A stretch of 64,000 bases of DNA from Candidatus Dojkabacteria bacterium. Lineage in GTDB: Bacteria; Patescibacteriota; Dojkabacteria; SC72. This document shows, in pieces, positions 1 to 10,077 of the stretch (position 1 is its first letter; every line of letters begins with the position of its first letter). The translations under genes were made by a program, and so were the position numbers. The stretch lies in assembly GCA_050950165.1 (NCBI GenBank), contig JBMNHC010000001.1:255151-319150 (forward strand). Direction: 5' to 3'. Below the pieces are notes generated by a model. That model was not told the DNA's origin. It saw nothing but the letters and a program-made list of their open reading frames with translations, and did no database searches.

Positions 1-404
1 TCAAAACTCAATCGTATTCTGTACCTCAAATCCTCTCCTAAATTACTCCTAGCTCGTGTACCACTAAAGTTAAAACCGAAATCACCACCACCAAAGAAAC
101 TGCTAAAGATATCCCCCATATCAAAAGGAGCTTGTCCATATGTACTGTATCCATTAAAACCTCCTCCTCCAGGACTAAATCCTTCTGTACCAGCATGACC
201 ATACTGATCATATGCCCTTCTCTTACTCTCGTCAGAAAGTACCTCATACGCCTCTTGAACCTCTTTAAACTTCTCTTCAGATCCAGCCTCCTTATTCACA
301 TCAGGATGTAATTTCTTAACTAGCTTTCTGTAAGCCTTCTTAATATCTTCTTTTTTAGCATCTTTTGAAATCCCTAGGACTTCATAGTAATCTCTTTTGT
401 TCAT
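1..404 (-). CDS. dnaJ: Chaperone DnaJ, 5' part (runs off the window start)
   Basis: Manual translation from ATG at 404: [59 protein letters not shown]-domain with HPD, followed by a G/F-rich region. Not in the ORF track because it has no stop in the window. Confidence 0.96.
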   Translation of the reverse strand, partial: MNKRDYYEVLGISKDAKKEDIKKAYRKLVKKLHPDVNKEAGSEEKFKEVQEAYEVLSDESKRRAYDQYGHAGTEGFSPGGGGFNGYSTYGQAPFDMGDIFSSFFGGGDFGFNFSGTRARSNLGEDLRYRIRLSF

Positions 405-417
405 AGACGGTATAATT

Positions 418-444
418 CTAGCAAACAATTGGGAAGAGTGCCAA
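418..444 (-). promoter_or_regulatory. CIRCE-like HrcA operator overlapping the dnaJ promoter
   Basis: Minus strand TTGGCACTC-N9-GTTTGCTAG versus consensus TTAGCACTC-N9-GAGTGCTAA. It spans a TTGGCA-N18-TAGAAT promoter (-10 at 415-420). Confidence 0.8.
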
Positions 445-482
445 CAAATGACATAGAAATATATAGTTGGTAATATAGATAT

Positions 483-1265
483 ATGGATATAAAGACAAAA
501 GATGAAAAGAAAATAAAAAAGATAAAGAGCACAATTGCATGGGTACTCTGCTTCATAGGCTTAATATTAATACTAAGCCAAGTATTTCCACTAAGTAAAT
601 CATATATACAGGGAGAGATAGAAACATTAAAACAGAAACTCTTAAAAGACCCATTCCCTGATCAATACAGACAATATATCTCAAATGAATTTGCATACTA
701 TGACCCAGGTAAAAGCTACTTTGAGAATCTTTTCAATAGTGCAGAGAACTTACAATATCAAGGAGTATTTACATATGACCCTACTAGCAAAAGTAATAAA
801 CAGATTGAAGTAAACAGAGATTACAAAAAGAATATGTTCATATCTATCGAAAAGATTGGGATAGATAATATTAGGATTACTCCAAATGTAGAAAGTTCAG
901 ACGAAAAAGTATACGACCGATATCTTAAATTTGGATTAGCTCACTTCAAAGGAACACCTCTACCTGGTGATGGAGGTAATTCTTTCATTTATGGTCATAG
1001 TGCTGTACAGAGTTTCTTTAACAAACACTCTAATCTACCAGAAACTATTTTTACCAGATTAGAAGGTGTAGATATTGGAGATAGTGTAGTTATAAAAAGA
1101 GATAATATAGATATTAAATATTTAGTTAGAAACAAGAAGATAGTATCTCCAGATGACTTCTCCATCCTAAAAGCACAAGGTGATAAAGAGACGATAACTT
1201 TGATGACATGTTGGCCGTTAGGTGTTGGTACTAAGAGGTTAGTAGTTGTAGCAGAGAAGCTCTAA
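483..1265 (+). CDS. Sortase
   Basis: N-terminal TM; [23 protein letters not shown] (catalytic His); TLMTCWP (TLxTC); KRLVVVAE (Arg). Confidence 0.93.
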   Translation: MDIKTKDEKKIKKIKSTIAWVLCFIGLILILSQVFPLSKSYIQGEIETLKQKLLKDPFPDQYRQYISNEFAYYDPGKSYFENLFNSAENLQYQGVFTYDPTSKSNKQIEVNRDYKKNMFISIEKIGIDNIRITPNVESSDEKVYDRYLKFGLAHFKGTPLPGDGGNSFIYGHSAVQSFFNKHSNLPETIFTRLEGVDIGDSVVIKRDNIDIKYLVRNKKIVSPDDFSILKAQGDKETITLMTCWPLGVGTKRLVVVAEKL

Positions 1266-1284
1266 TTTTTGTACAATATTCTAA

Positions 1285-2622
1285 ATGGATAGTAAACAGA
1301 AAAAAACAGTAATATTGCTTTTTGCAGTAATAGGGATACTCATTGTATTAATAATAGTTGCAGCACTAATACTGAATAAGAAAAAACAAAATACGCAAGG
1401 AGGTGATACTCCAACCAGTAATGTTGAATTAATATATTGGGGACTGTGGGAACCTGCAGAGGTAATGCAACCTATCATCGATAAATATGAGAGTGAGAAC
1501 CCCGGAGTTAAGATACTTTACTCACAACAAGCATTTAGAAACTATGAAAGCCGTGTATATACCAGATTAGAACAATCTAGTAGCTCGACAGAGCCTGCTC
1601 CCGACATTATAAGAATTAACAATACCTGGTTACCGAAATTTCAGAAATACCTAGAACCACTACCTACATCTATCCTCTCTGCTCAAGAGTATGCAGAAGA
1701 GTTCTACCCTACAGCATTAGACGATTTTACAGGCTCAGATGGAAAGATATATGCTATACCTTGGGAGATAGATGGATTAGCAGTAATATACAACAAACAA
1801 TTACTAACAGAAGCAGGATATACAACACCACCTCAAGACTGGGATTCTTTTGTAGAAGCAGCACAGAAATTAACAAAAAGAGATAGTTCAGGAAGAATTA
1901 CACAGGCAGGATTAGCTATCGGAACATCAGAAAATATCTCACATTCAGCAGATATTCTTGCTTTCCTAATGCTTCAAAACGGAGCTAGTATTATAAATAG
2001 TAGTAGAAACAAAGTAAGTCTTACATCAGAAAGAGCTGTATCAGCACTAAAAACATATTCATCTTTTGCACAGGGAGAGAAACCTCTTTGGGCACCATAT
2101 TTAGCTAGTGACTTAACTACATTTTTTCAAGGTAAATTAGCAATGATGTTTGGTCCAAGCTGGAGGATATTTGATATAGTGCAAGCAGCACCACAAATTG
2201 AATTAGGAGTAGCACCACTACCACAATTACCTAACAATGACCCTGTATATTACGCTATGTACTGGGGAGATACCGTTAGTAAAGCCTCTTCTAACACAGA
2301 ACAGGCATGGAAATTTGTTAACTTCCTAAGTCAGCCAGAACAACAGAAACTACTTTTCTCTAACGCATCTAAGATAAGGGCCTTTGGAGAGCCATACTCT
2401 AGAGTTAGTCTTAATAGTGACTTGCTTGAAAATCCATATACAAATGCAATAGCTGAAATGGCTCCAGCTATGAAATCTTGGCAGATGGGAGATCAATCAT
2501 ATGTTGAAGAATTGATAAGAGGAGCAATAACACAAGTATCTGAAGGAAAAGGAGAACCCAAGAGTGTTTTAGGAAAAGCAGAAGAGGATATAAATAATCA
2601 ACTTGCAGTAACTAATAAATAA
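1285..2622 (+). CDS. Extracellular solute-binding protein, sugar-binding family 1, TM-anchored
   Basis: YWGLWE, PDIIRI, DGKIYAIPWEIDGLAVIYNK, FFQGKLAMMFG and AWKFVNFL motifs; N-terminal TM without a lipobox Cys. Confidence 0.88.
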   Translation: MDSKQKKTVILLFAVIGILIVLIIVAALILNKKKQNTQGGDTPTSNVELIYWGLWEPAEVMQPIIDKYESENPGVKILYSQQAFRNYESRVYTRLEQSSSSTEPAPDIIRINNTWLPKFQKYLEPLPTSILSAQEYAEEFYPTALDDFTGSDGKIYAIPWEIDGLAVIYNKQLLTEAGYTTPPQDWDSFVEAAQKLTKRDSSGRITQAGLAIGTSENISHSADILAFLMLQNGASIINSSRNKVSLTSERAVSALKTYSSFAQGEKPLWAPYLASDLTTFFQGKLAMMFGPSWRIFDIVQAAPQIELGVAPLPQLPNNDPVYYAMYWGDTVSKASSNTEQAWKFVNFLSQPEQQKLLFSNASKIRAFGEPYSRVSLNSDLLENPYTNAIAEMAPAMKSWQMGDQSYVEELIRGAITQVSEGKGEPKSVLGKAEEDINNQLAVTNK

Positions 2623-2639
2623 CCCTTATTATATACCTA

Positions 2640-4442
2640 ATGAATAACAGAAATGCCCCAAGTAAAAGTAAGAGAAAAAGTATTTTCCTAACCTTTCTTC
2701 TACTACTTTCTATTCCCATTTTTGTATACGGATTAATACAAGATAGCAACTTTGATATCAGAAACAGAGCCTTTGAAGAAATAGAGGTTAGTGAACGAAA
2801 CCCATGTGTAATCTCATTCCCCAATGTCAATCCATACTCTTTGGAAATAGATAAAACATTTAGAATACAAGTAGATGCTCTCTCTGTGACCTTAGGCATA
2901 CAAGCTATCTCCATTAAAGATGCAAATGGAGAAGAATATTTAACAAAAACATATGAAGATATGCCTAAAACCATCTCTGAGTCATTCTCTTTCACCCCTA
3001 GAGTAGCTAGAGAGTATAGTATTGAGGGAATAATGGTAGATATGAATAAAAAGAGCTACGAATGCGTAATTAGTAGCCCTTACGATATAGATGGAGTAAG
3101 AGCCATTAGTACTAACTCTAAGCCTGTATTTACAACACAGCCAAAAGATTCTAAACCATCACAGAGTATAAAGACAGGAGATATATACGAATATACATTA
3201 ATAGCTGAAGATATAGATAAAGATACAATTAACTACTCTTTCTCTTTTACAAAAGGTGCTAACTGGCTAAAACCTACAGTCATAGAAGATGGTGGTGGAG
3301 GAAAACTAACTATCAAATTTAAAGGCTCCTCTCAAGAACCAGCCAGCTATCTAGCAAACATATTCATACACGATGGATACAGTGACCATCTCTCATCTCA
3401 ATCATGGGTAATCTCTGTAAGTCCATTAGAAAACGATAATCCTAAAGTTAAAATAACATCACCAATACATAGAACAACAATCATTACCGAACCCCTCTTA
3501 AATATTAGTTGGGATGCATCTGATGACAATCAGATTATCAAATATGAGGTATACGCTTCACAAAACCCTACAAATGAAAAAAGCTGGATTACTTTAAGCA
3601 ACAATATCCCCTACAACACTACCTCCTACCAACTAAACACAAAATTACTTAAAGATGGAACATACAGAATAATTGTTAAAGCAATTGATAATCAGAAACC
3701 AGAAGGAGTAGGTATGGATATATCTCAAGAGATAGTAATTGCAAAAGGACAAAAAGATGGAAAACTTCCTGATGACTTTGTCACTTTAGATAAGCCTCAA
3801 GTAGTTAATTTCTCTCCAACAAGTTCAGATACTGTTGAGAACAGAAAGCCTACAATAAAGGCCTCGTTAATAGCATCTGCAGGGGAAAGAATAATTCCAG
3901 AAAGTATTAAAGTCCTTCTAGATAACCAAGAAATTACTAAAGAGATTAAAATAAATCAGATATCTGACTCTGAATATACTGTAATATATCTACCTACAGA
4001 AAACATTACAAAAGGTGTTCATAAAGTAGAGATAAAATTTAGTGACTCATCAAACGAAGAGATAGAGAAATCATGGACATTTACAATCGGTTCAAAAGAA
4101 GATACAGAGAATTACAATATCTTTGGATATCTCATTAATAAGAGAGTAGCTTTAATAGTAGCTGGAGGAATAGCTCTAGTAGTATTAGCCATATTTGTTC
4201 CAATAATAATATTTGCTGTTTGGAAAGACGATTCAGAAAGAAAAGAGAGTAGAAAACCTACACTACCACCATCAATTCCGAAAGACAACATAGTAGTACC
4301 AGCATATACCAAACCTCCTGATGATGAGATAGAAGTATTAGTTTCTGCACCACAACCAACCGAAGAGAAGATTCCAGAACCAGATACAGACCTTAATATC
4401 CTTCTAGAACAGATTGAAGATAGTAAGGAGGAAAGAAAGTAA
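2640..4442 (+). CDS. Surface protein with tandem Ig/cadherin/FN3-like domains, N- and C-terminal TM and a Pro/acidic tail
   Basis: NSKPVFTT..YEYTLIAEDIDKD (cadherin/Ig-like), NDNPKVKITSP..ISWDASDD..DGTYRIIVKAID; second TM near aa 503-527. Confidence 0.7.
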   Translation: MNNRNAPSKSKRKSIFLTFLLLLSIPIFVYGLIQDSNFDIRNRAFEEIEVSERNPCVISFPNVNPYSLEIDKTFRIQVDALSVTLGIQAISIKDANGEEYLTKTYEDMPKTISESFSFTPRVAREYSIEGIMVDMNKKSYECVISSPYDIDGVRAISTNSKPVFTTQPKDSKPSQSIKTGDIYEYTLIAEDIDKDTINYSFSFTKGANWLKPTVIEDGGGGKLTIKFKGSSQEPASYLANIFIHDGYSDHLSSQSWVISVSPLENDNPKVKITSPIHRTTIITEPLLNISWDASDDNQIIKYEVYASQNPTNEKSWITLSNNIPYNTTSYQLNTKLLKDGTYRIIVKAIDNQKPEGVGMDISQEIVIAKGQKDGKLPDDFVTLDKPQVVNFSPTSSDTVENRKPTIKASLIASAGERIIPESIKVLLDNQEITKEIKINQISDSEYTVIYLPTENITKGVHKVEIKFSDSSNEEIEKSWTFTIGSKEDTENYNIFGYLINKRVALIVAGGIALVVLAIFVPIIIFAVWKDDSERKESRKPTLPPSIPKDNIVVPAYTKPPDDEIEVLVSAPQPTEEKIPEPDTDLNILLEQIEDSKEERK

Positions 4443-4486
4443 AAATATTCTCGAATATACAGACTCCTTTTGATATAATCATATCT

Positions 4487-6223
4487 ATGCAAGACCTCTC
4501 ATACGAAAATATTAGATCTAAATACCTAGATTTCTTTCTAAGCAAAGAGCATAAATTAATACCTAGTGCCCCTCTAGTTCCAGAAGATGACCCCTCTGTT
4601 CTCTTTGTTAATGCAGGTATGTTTCCTCTAGTTCCTTTCCTTAAAGGAGAAGTACACCCATTAGGTAAAAGATTAGTAAACTCTCAAAGATGTATTAGAA
4701 CAGGAGATATAGATCAGGTTGGTAACGAATTCCATGTAACATCATTTGAAATGTTAGGCAACTGGTCATTAAATGATTACTTCAAGAAAGAAGCAATTGA
4801 GATGACAGTAGAGTTTTTTGTTGAAGTTTTAGGATTAGATATTAACAGGATATATGCAACAGTATTTGAAGGAGAAGGAGATATACCACAAGATACTACC
4901 TCAATAGAGATATGGAAAGAGATTTACTCTAAGTACAATATAGATTCAACTGACAGGATAAGAACACTAGGTAAAGAAGACAACTGGTGGGGACTAACAA
5001 CAGGAGGACCTTGTGGACCAGACAGTGAGATCTTTTACAAAACAGATAACGGACAACTAGTAGAGATAGGAAACAATGTCTTCATGGAATACCTTTTAGA
5101 AGATGGAGAATACAAACCTCTTGGCAGACACAATGTAGATTTTGGAGGAGGGTTGGATAGGATTGCAAGTGTATGTCAAAACAAAGACTCAGTATACGAA
5201 ACAGATATATACCTACCCATCTTTAACAAAGTAAAAGAACTCTCTAAATTAGAAAACATTAAATCTCAAAGAATAATTACAGACCATATTAAAGCTGCAA
5301 CATGGATAATAATGGATGGTGTAATACCATCTAACTCTCAACAAGGATATATCCTAAGAAGACTAATACGAAGAGCAGTAAGACATGGTAGGAAATTAGA
5401 GATAGGAGAACTTTTTACAAAAGAGATCGCTAAAGTTGCAATTAATCAATTTAAAAACATATGGCCTCAACTACTTGAAAAAGAAGAATATATCTTAAAT
5501 ACATTAGAAGAGGAAGAAGTAAAGTTTAATAAAACATTAGAAGCGGGATTAAGAGAATTAGAAAGGATAATTAATAAAGATACAGGTATTGATGGAAAAG
5601 GAGCTTTTAAACTCTACGAAACATACGGATTACCACTAGAAGTAACCGAAGAGATACTTAAAGAGAGAGGATCTGAGATAAAGGAGAGAGAATCTTTCTA
5701 TGAAGAAGAGAAGAAACATCAAGAACAGTCTAGAACTGCATCTGCAGGTATGTTCAAAGGTGGCTTAGCAGAACAATCAGAGATGACTACTAAATATCAC
5801 ACTACTACACACCTACTCTTAGCTGCTCTTAGAAAGGTATTAGGAAGCCATGTATACCAAAAGGGAAGTAATATCACATCTGAAAGACTCAGATTAGACT
5901 TTCCTAATAATGAGAAACTTACAGATCAACAAATTAAAGAAGTAGAAGATTTAGTAAACAAAGCAATAGATAGCGACCTAGAAGTCTCATTTAAGGAGTA
6001 TCCATTGGAAGAAGCACTGAAGCTAGTTCCTTTTGCTGCCTTTGAGGATAGATATGGAGAGGGTGTAAAGATATATACTGTAGGAGATTCTACTAACCCA
6101 TTCTCCATAGAGATATGTAACGGACCACATGTAAAACGAACAGGTAATTTAGGAAGGTTTAAAATATTAAAACAGGAAAATATAGGGTCGGGTATTAAAA
6201 GAATAAAAGCTATACTTGAATAA
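4487..6223 (+). CDS. alaS: Alanine--tRNA ligase, short form without C-Ala domain
   Basis: LFVNAGM, FEMLGNWS, GPCGPDSEI, GYILRRLIRRA, LYETYGLP; editing motifs HTTTH and CNGPH; ends at GIKRIKA. Confidence 0.97.
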   Translation: MQDLSYENIRSKYLDFFLSKEHKLIPSAPLVPEDDPSVLFVNAGMFPLVPFLKGEVHPLGKRLVNSQRCIRTGDIDQVGNEFHVTSFEMLGNWSLNDYFKKEAIEMTVEFFVEVLGLDINRIYATVFEGEGDIPQDTTSIEIWKEIYSKYNIDSTDRIRTLGKEDNWWGLTTGGPCGPDSEIFYKTDNGQLVEIGNNVFMEYLLEDGEYKPLGRHNVDFGGGLDRIASVCQNKDSVYETDIYLPIFNKVKELSKLENIKSQRIITDHIKAATWIIMDGVIPSNSQQGYILRRLIRRAVRHGRKLEIGELFTKEIAKVAINQFKNIWPQLLEKEEYILNTLEEEEVKFNKTLEAGLRELERIINKDTGIDGKGAFKLYETYGLPLEVTEEILKERGSEIKERESFYEEEKKHQEQSRTASAGMFKGGLAEQSEMTTKYHTTTHLLLAALRKVLGSHVYQKGSNITSERLRLDFPNNEKLTDQQIKEVEDLVNKAIDSDLEVSFKEYPLEEALKLVPFAAFEDRYGEGVKIYTVGDSTNPFSIEICNGPHVKRTGNLGRFKILKQENIGSGIKRIKAILE

Positions 6224-6225
6224 AT

Positions 6226-6678
6226 ATGCAAACAGAAAAACCCATACTAGCCATCGACTATGGTGACAAAAGAATTGGACTCGCCATCTCAGATTCTAAA
6301 GGAATCTTAGCTACACCACTGGATGTATTGGAGATAACAAAAAGGAGAGGAATAGATGAAATACTTCAAGACATACTTAATATTGCCAATGAGTATAGAG
6401 TAAAGACAATCTTACTTGGTAAACCTCAACAGTTTGATATAAAAGAGAGTAAATCTATTAAAAAAATAGAAACCTTTAAAAAGAGTCTCTCTAAGCTAAC
6501 TAACCTTCCAATCATCTACTACGACGAATCATATTCTACAATTGAGGCTCAAAATATGCTACTATCGCTAGGACAGCATATCAAATCTTCTAAAGGTAAG
6601 ATAGATAAAATAGCTGCTACCCTGTTCCTACAGGAATTTTTAAACTCTGAAACCCAAAAATATGAAAACCATAATTAA
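6226..6678 (+). CDS. ruvX: YqgF/RuvX family RNase H-like nuclease
   Basis: LAIDYGDKRIGLAISD, DESYST, IDKIAATLFLQ; classic alaS-ruvX-mltG order. Confidence 0.94.
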   Translation: MQTEKPILAIDYGDKRIGLAISDSKGILATPLDVLEITKRRGIDEILQDILNIANEYRVKTILLGKPQQFDIKESKSIKKIETFKKSLSKLTNLPIIYYDESYSTIEAQNMLLSLGQHIKSSKGKIDKIAATLFLQEFLNSETQKYENHN

Positions 6679-7660
6679 AATATTTCTCTTAGCCTTAGTA
6701 ACTGTCATCTTAGGAATTTTTCTAATTAAGAAGAACTACAACAGTACCATAGAGGCTCCAAATAGTGATAGTACTGAGAAAGTGACATTTGAGATAGAGC
6801 AAGGAGCCACACTTTCCACCATCATAGATAATCTAGTCAAAGAAGGGATACTAAAAGAAGGCTGGGCAAAATATTTTGAAATATATATGAAATTAAATAA
6901 ATTAGTACCTAAGATTCAAGCTGGAATATATCAAATTCCTAAGAACCTAAACATTAAAGAAATTGCTTCTGTAATTCAATCCTCAAAAGAACAAGCTGTA
7001 TGGGTGACAATTCCAGAGGGACTAAGAAAAGATGAGATAGCCAATATTGTTGGAGAAGAGTTTAAGAAGGCAGATAATATCGAATACTCAGCAGAAGAAT
7101 TCCTGAGTCTAACAACAGACCCTACCTTCATCGCTACCCTAGAACTACCATATACACTAGTAGATTTAGAAGGCCTTCTCTTTCCAGATAAATATTCCTT
7201 CTCTATAAAATCAGATGCTAAGAGTGTCGTTGAGACAATGATTAAGAATTTCAAAAGCAAGGTAGGACTCACAGATACATACGAAGATATCATTGTAGCT
7301 AGTATGGTAGAAAGAGAAGGACGTACATCAGAAGACAGACCGATGATAGCAGATGTCATAATGAGAAGATATGCAGAAGATTGGAAGTTAGAAATAGATG
7401 CTACACTCCTCTATCCTAAAAAAGATTGGAAAGCTACCATTACCAAGGCAGATAAAGCCTCTGATAATCCATACAATACATATAAATATAGAGGATATCC
7501 TCCTACACCAATATGTAATCCAGGGTTAGTCTCAATAAATGCAGTTAGAAATCCTAAATCTAATCCATACTACTTCTACATCCATGACAAAGAGGGTAAT
7601 GTCCATTTTGCAAAAACAAATACTGAACATAACAGTAATGTACAGAAATATCTTAGATAA
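6662..7660 (+). CDS. mltG: Endolytic transglycosylase MltG
   Basis: VTIPEG, LEGLLFPDKY, ASMVEREG (catalytic Glu), PYNTYKYRGYPPTPICNPG. Confidence 0.95.
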   Translation: MKTIIKIFLLALVTVILGIFLIKKNYNSTIEAPNSDSTEKVTFEIEQGATLSTIIDNLVKEGILKEGWAKYFEIYMKLNKLVPKIQAGIYQIPKNLNIKEIASVIQSSKEQAVWVTIPEGLRKDEIANIVGEEFKKADNIEYSAEEFLSLTTDPTFIATLELPYTLVDLEGLLFPDKYSFSIKSDAKSVVETMIKNFKSKVGLTDTYEDIIVASMVEREGRTSEDRPMIADVIMRRYAEDWKLEIDATLLYPKKDWKATITKADKASDNPYNTYKYRGYPPTPICNPGLVSINAVRNPKSNPYYFYIHDKEGNVHFAKTNTEHNSNVQKYLR

Positions 7661-7679
7661 TATAAACCTTTAACTGCCA

Positions 7680-9068
7680 ATGGAAGTCTCAATAGATATG
7701 AATGACAAAGAACTTAATAAAGTTTCTAAAACAAACGGTACTAAGAGAAAGATTAAGGTACTTCCAATTTTAATAGCAATAATCTTAATTGCTGTAATCT
7801 CTACAGGAGCATACATGCTCTACAAGGGGTATAAAGTCTCTAAGGAGATAGGATTTCAAATATCACCAGGTTCAATACTACAACCAAAGCCAGACCCAGA
7901 ACTTAAAAAAGATAGCACTGGACAATATACAAATGCCCTCCTTATAGGAATAGACACAAGAGAAAAAGGGAATTTAATGAATACAGATACCATAATGATT
8001 GTATCCTACAACCATAAAACAAATGATGTTGTAATGATATCCATACCTAGAGATTTTAATGTTCAAATCGAAGAGAGAAGAGTTTGGTTTAACAAGATTA
8101 ACTCTGTATACGCAGTACATGAGAGAAGAAACAAAGGATCTGGTTTAGAAGCACTTAAACATGTAGTAGAAGATATGACAGGAATTGAGATACAGTATCA
8201 TGCAATGATTGACTTTAGAGGCTTTATAGATCTAATAGATGCTGTAGGAGGAGTATATGTAAATGTTGAGAACTCATTTACTGACTACAAATATCCAAAA
8301 AATAAAGGATATGAAACTGTTAAATTTGTAGCTGGTCCACAATTAATGGATGGAGAAACAGCTCTAAAGTATTCAAGATCCAGACACTCTCAACAAAACT
8401 ATGAAGGCTCAGACTATGCAAGAGCAAGAAGACAACAGAAAGTAATATTGGCATTCAAAGACATCTTACTAAGTTCAGAGACCTTACTAAACCCTAAAAA
8501 AATTACAGACCTAATGAGTACAGTACAGAACAACTTAAAAGTCTCAGAGTTTGATCTAAACGATATACAAGCTGGTATAAATATATTTAAAAAATTCTCT
8601 GATACCCAAGACCATTCCTACTCTTTCGTACTAGATCCAGCAGCAGGAAACTTTGCAATAATTACTACCGATGTATATGAAATAATGCCTAAAGAAGGAT
8701 TAGGAAAATATACCAAAATACAAGAGTATGTATCTCTTCTACTCCAAAACCCTAAGCTATACTCCACAAACCCTTCAATAAATGTTTACAACATAGGTTT
8801 AGGCTACCAAAATACTTACAAACAAGTACAAGAGTTAAGAACTCAATTTAAATACTTAAATATTAAATACCGAGGCAATCTTTACAGTGACAAAGAAGGT
8901 ACATATATCTTTGCAAAAGACGAAAGTTTTAACTTCGCCATAGACCAGCTATCCAAAAATATTACAGACATTAAAAAAGAGAAACCAGAATACATTACAA
9001 CAAACCTTAAAGGAGAAGACATCTCCATACTCTTTGGAAAAGAAGTAATATTAGAAACCCAACAGTAA
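7680..9068 (+). CDS. LCP (LytR-CpsA-Psr) family glycopolymer transferase
   Basis: LLIGID, NTDTIM, MISIPRD, KINSVY, ALKYSRSRH, SDYARARRQQ. Confidence 0.93.
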   Translation: MEVSIDMNDKELNKVSKTNGTKRKIKVLPILIAIILIAVISTGAYMLYKGYKVSKEIGFQISPGSILQPKPDPELKKDSTGQYTNALLIGIDTREKGNLMNTDTIMIVSYNHKTNDVVMISIPRDFNVQIEERRVWFNKINSVYAVHERRNKGSGLEALKHVVEDMTGIEIQYHAMIDFRGFIDLIDAVGGVYVNVENSFTDYKYPKNKGYETVKFVAGPQLMDGETALKYSRSRHSQQNYEGSDYARARRQQKVILAFKDILLSSETLLNPKKITDLMSTVQNNLKVSEFDLNDIQAGINIFKKFSDTQDHSYSFVLDPAAGNFAIITTDVYEIMPKEGLGKYTKIQEYVSLLLQNPKLYSTNPSINVYNIGLGYQNTYKQVQELRTQFKYLNIKYRGNLYSDKEGTYIFAKDESFNFAIDQLSKNITDIKKEKPEYITTNLKGEDISILFGKEVILETQQ

Positions 9069-9072
9069 AAAT

Positions 9073-9996
9073 ATGTATAAACTGTATATAGGTAATGACA
9101 CATACATATCACTTACTAAAGCAAAAAGTTTTGTTAACCAGCTTAAAAAAGAAAACTCCTTAGAGAGTATTACAATAGATGTAGAGAAAATAAATGCTTC
9201 TGATTTAATAGATAACCTAAGCTCTAACTCTCTCTTTTCAGACTCACGAATATTCTTTTTAAAAAGAGTATACAGAAATAAAGAGAAAGACATCATTATA
9301 GAGTTCTTACTAAACTACCTACAGAATGAAAATGGAAACCATATTGTAATATGGGAAGATCAGAAAGTAAGTTCTGTGACAAAATATGTAAAATTTTTTA
9401 AAACAAACAACCTACTTGAAGAAAACAGTAAACTTAACAAAAGAACCTTTCAGTCATGGGGTAGAAAAGAAGCAGAAGAGTTAGAGATAAATATCTCTAA
9501 TGAAGCAATATTACTTCTTTCACAATATTCTAACTACGACACAGAGAGATTTATAAATAGTCTTAAAAAATTAAAACTCTTAAACAAAGAAAAAATTGAA
9601 GTAGAAGATATTAGAGATTTCTCTACAAATACTTTGGAAGATAGTATATGGGAATTCCTTGATGAGATAAATAATAATGGAAAACCCTTAACGGTACTCA
9701 ATCGATTACTCAATCAAGGAGTAGACCCACACTTTATCATCTCTATGATTTCAAGAAATATTAGGTTAATAGCTTTAACTAAACATTTAATAGAGAAGAG
9801 AACACCATACTCTCAGATGGCAAGTATTCTTAAGATTCCCCCATTCCTTTTAAAATCCCTTATCGATAGTAGTAATAGGTATTCTATAGATAGAATTAAA
9901 AAGATATATGAAAAACTAGCTAGTTTAGACTATGAAATAAAAAGTGGAAAACTTGAACCTAACTTAGGACTCACTCTACTATCCACCATTTTATAG
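9073..9996 (+). CDS. holA: DNA polymerase III delta subunit
   Basis: SNSLFSDSRIF and C-terminal LASLDYEIKSG; 307 aa; upstream of rpsT and lepA. Confidence 0.85.
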   Translation: MYKLYIGNDTYISLTKAKSFVNQLKKENSLESITIDVEKINASDLIDNLSSNSLFSDSRIFFLKRVYRNKEKDIIIEFLLNYLQNENGNHIVIWEDQKVSSVTKYVKFFKTNNLLEENSKLNKRTFQSWGRKEAEELEINISNEAILLLSQYSNYDTERFINSLKKLKLLNKEKIEVEDIRDFSTNTLEDSIWEFLDEINNNGKPLTVLNRLLNQGVDPHFIISMISRNIRLIALTKHLIEKRTPYSQMASILKIPPFLLKSLIDSSNRYSIDRIKKIYEKLASLDYEIKSGKLEPNLGLTLLSTIL

Positions 9997-10006
9997 TATA
10001 GAATAA

Positions 10007-10036
10007 TTGACATTGATACAGCTAATCTCATAAACT
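10007..10036 (+). promoter_or_regulatory. Putative sigma70 promoter of the DUF11 surface protein gene
   Basis: TTGACA-N18-TAAACT. Confidence 0.6.
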
Positions 10037-10077
10037 CTATTGTAAGGAAATCTTTATCTACTTAAGACTGCCTTTAG

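Noticed and set aside
38-247. 69-aa minus-strand ORF in the track
   Set aside because: Alternative frame inside dnaJ.
4487-6223. alaS as a truncated pseudogene
   Set aside because: Catalytic and editing motifs are intact; short AlaRS without C-Ala is a plausible reduced-genome form.
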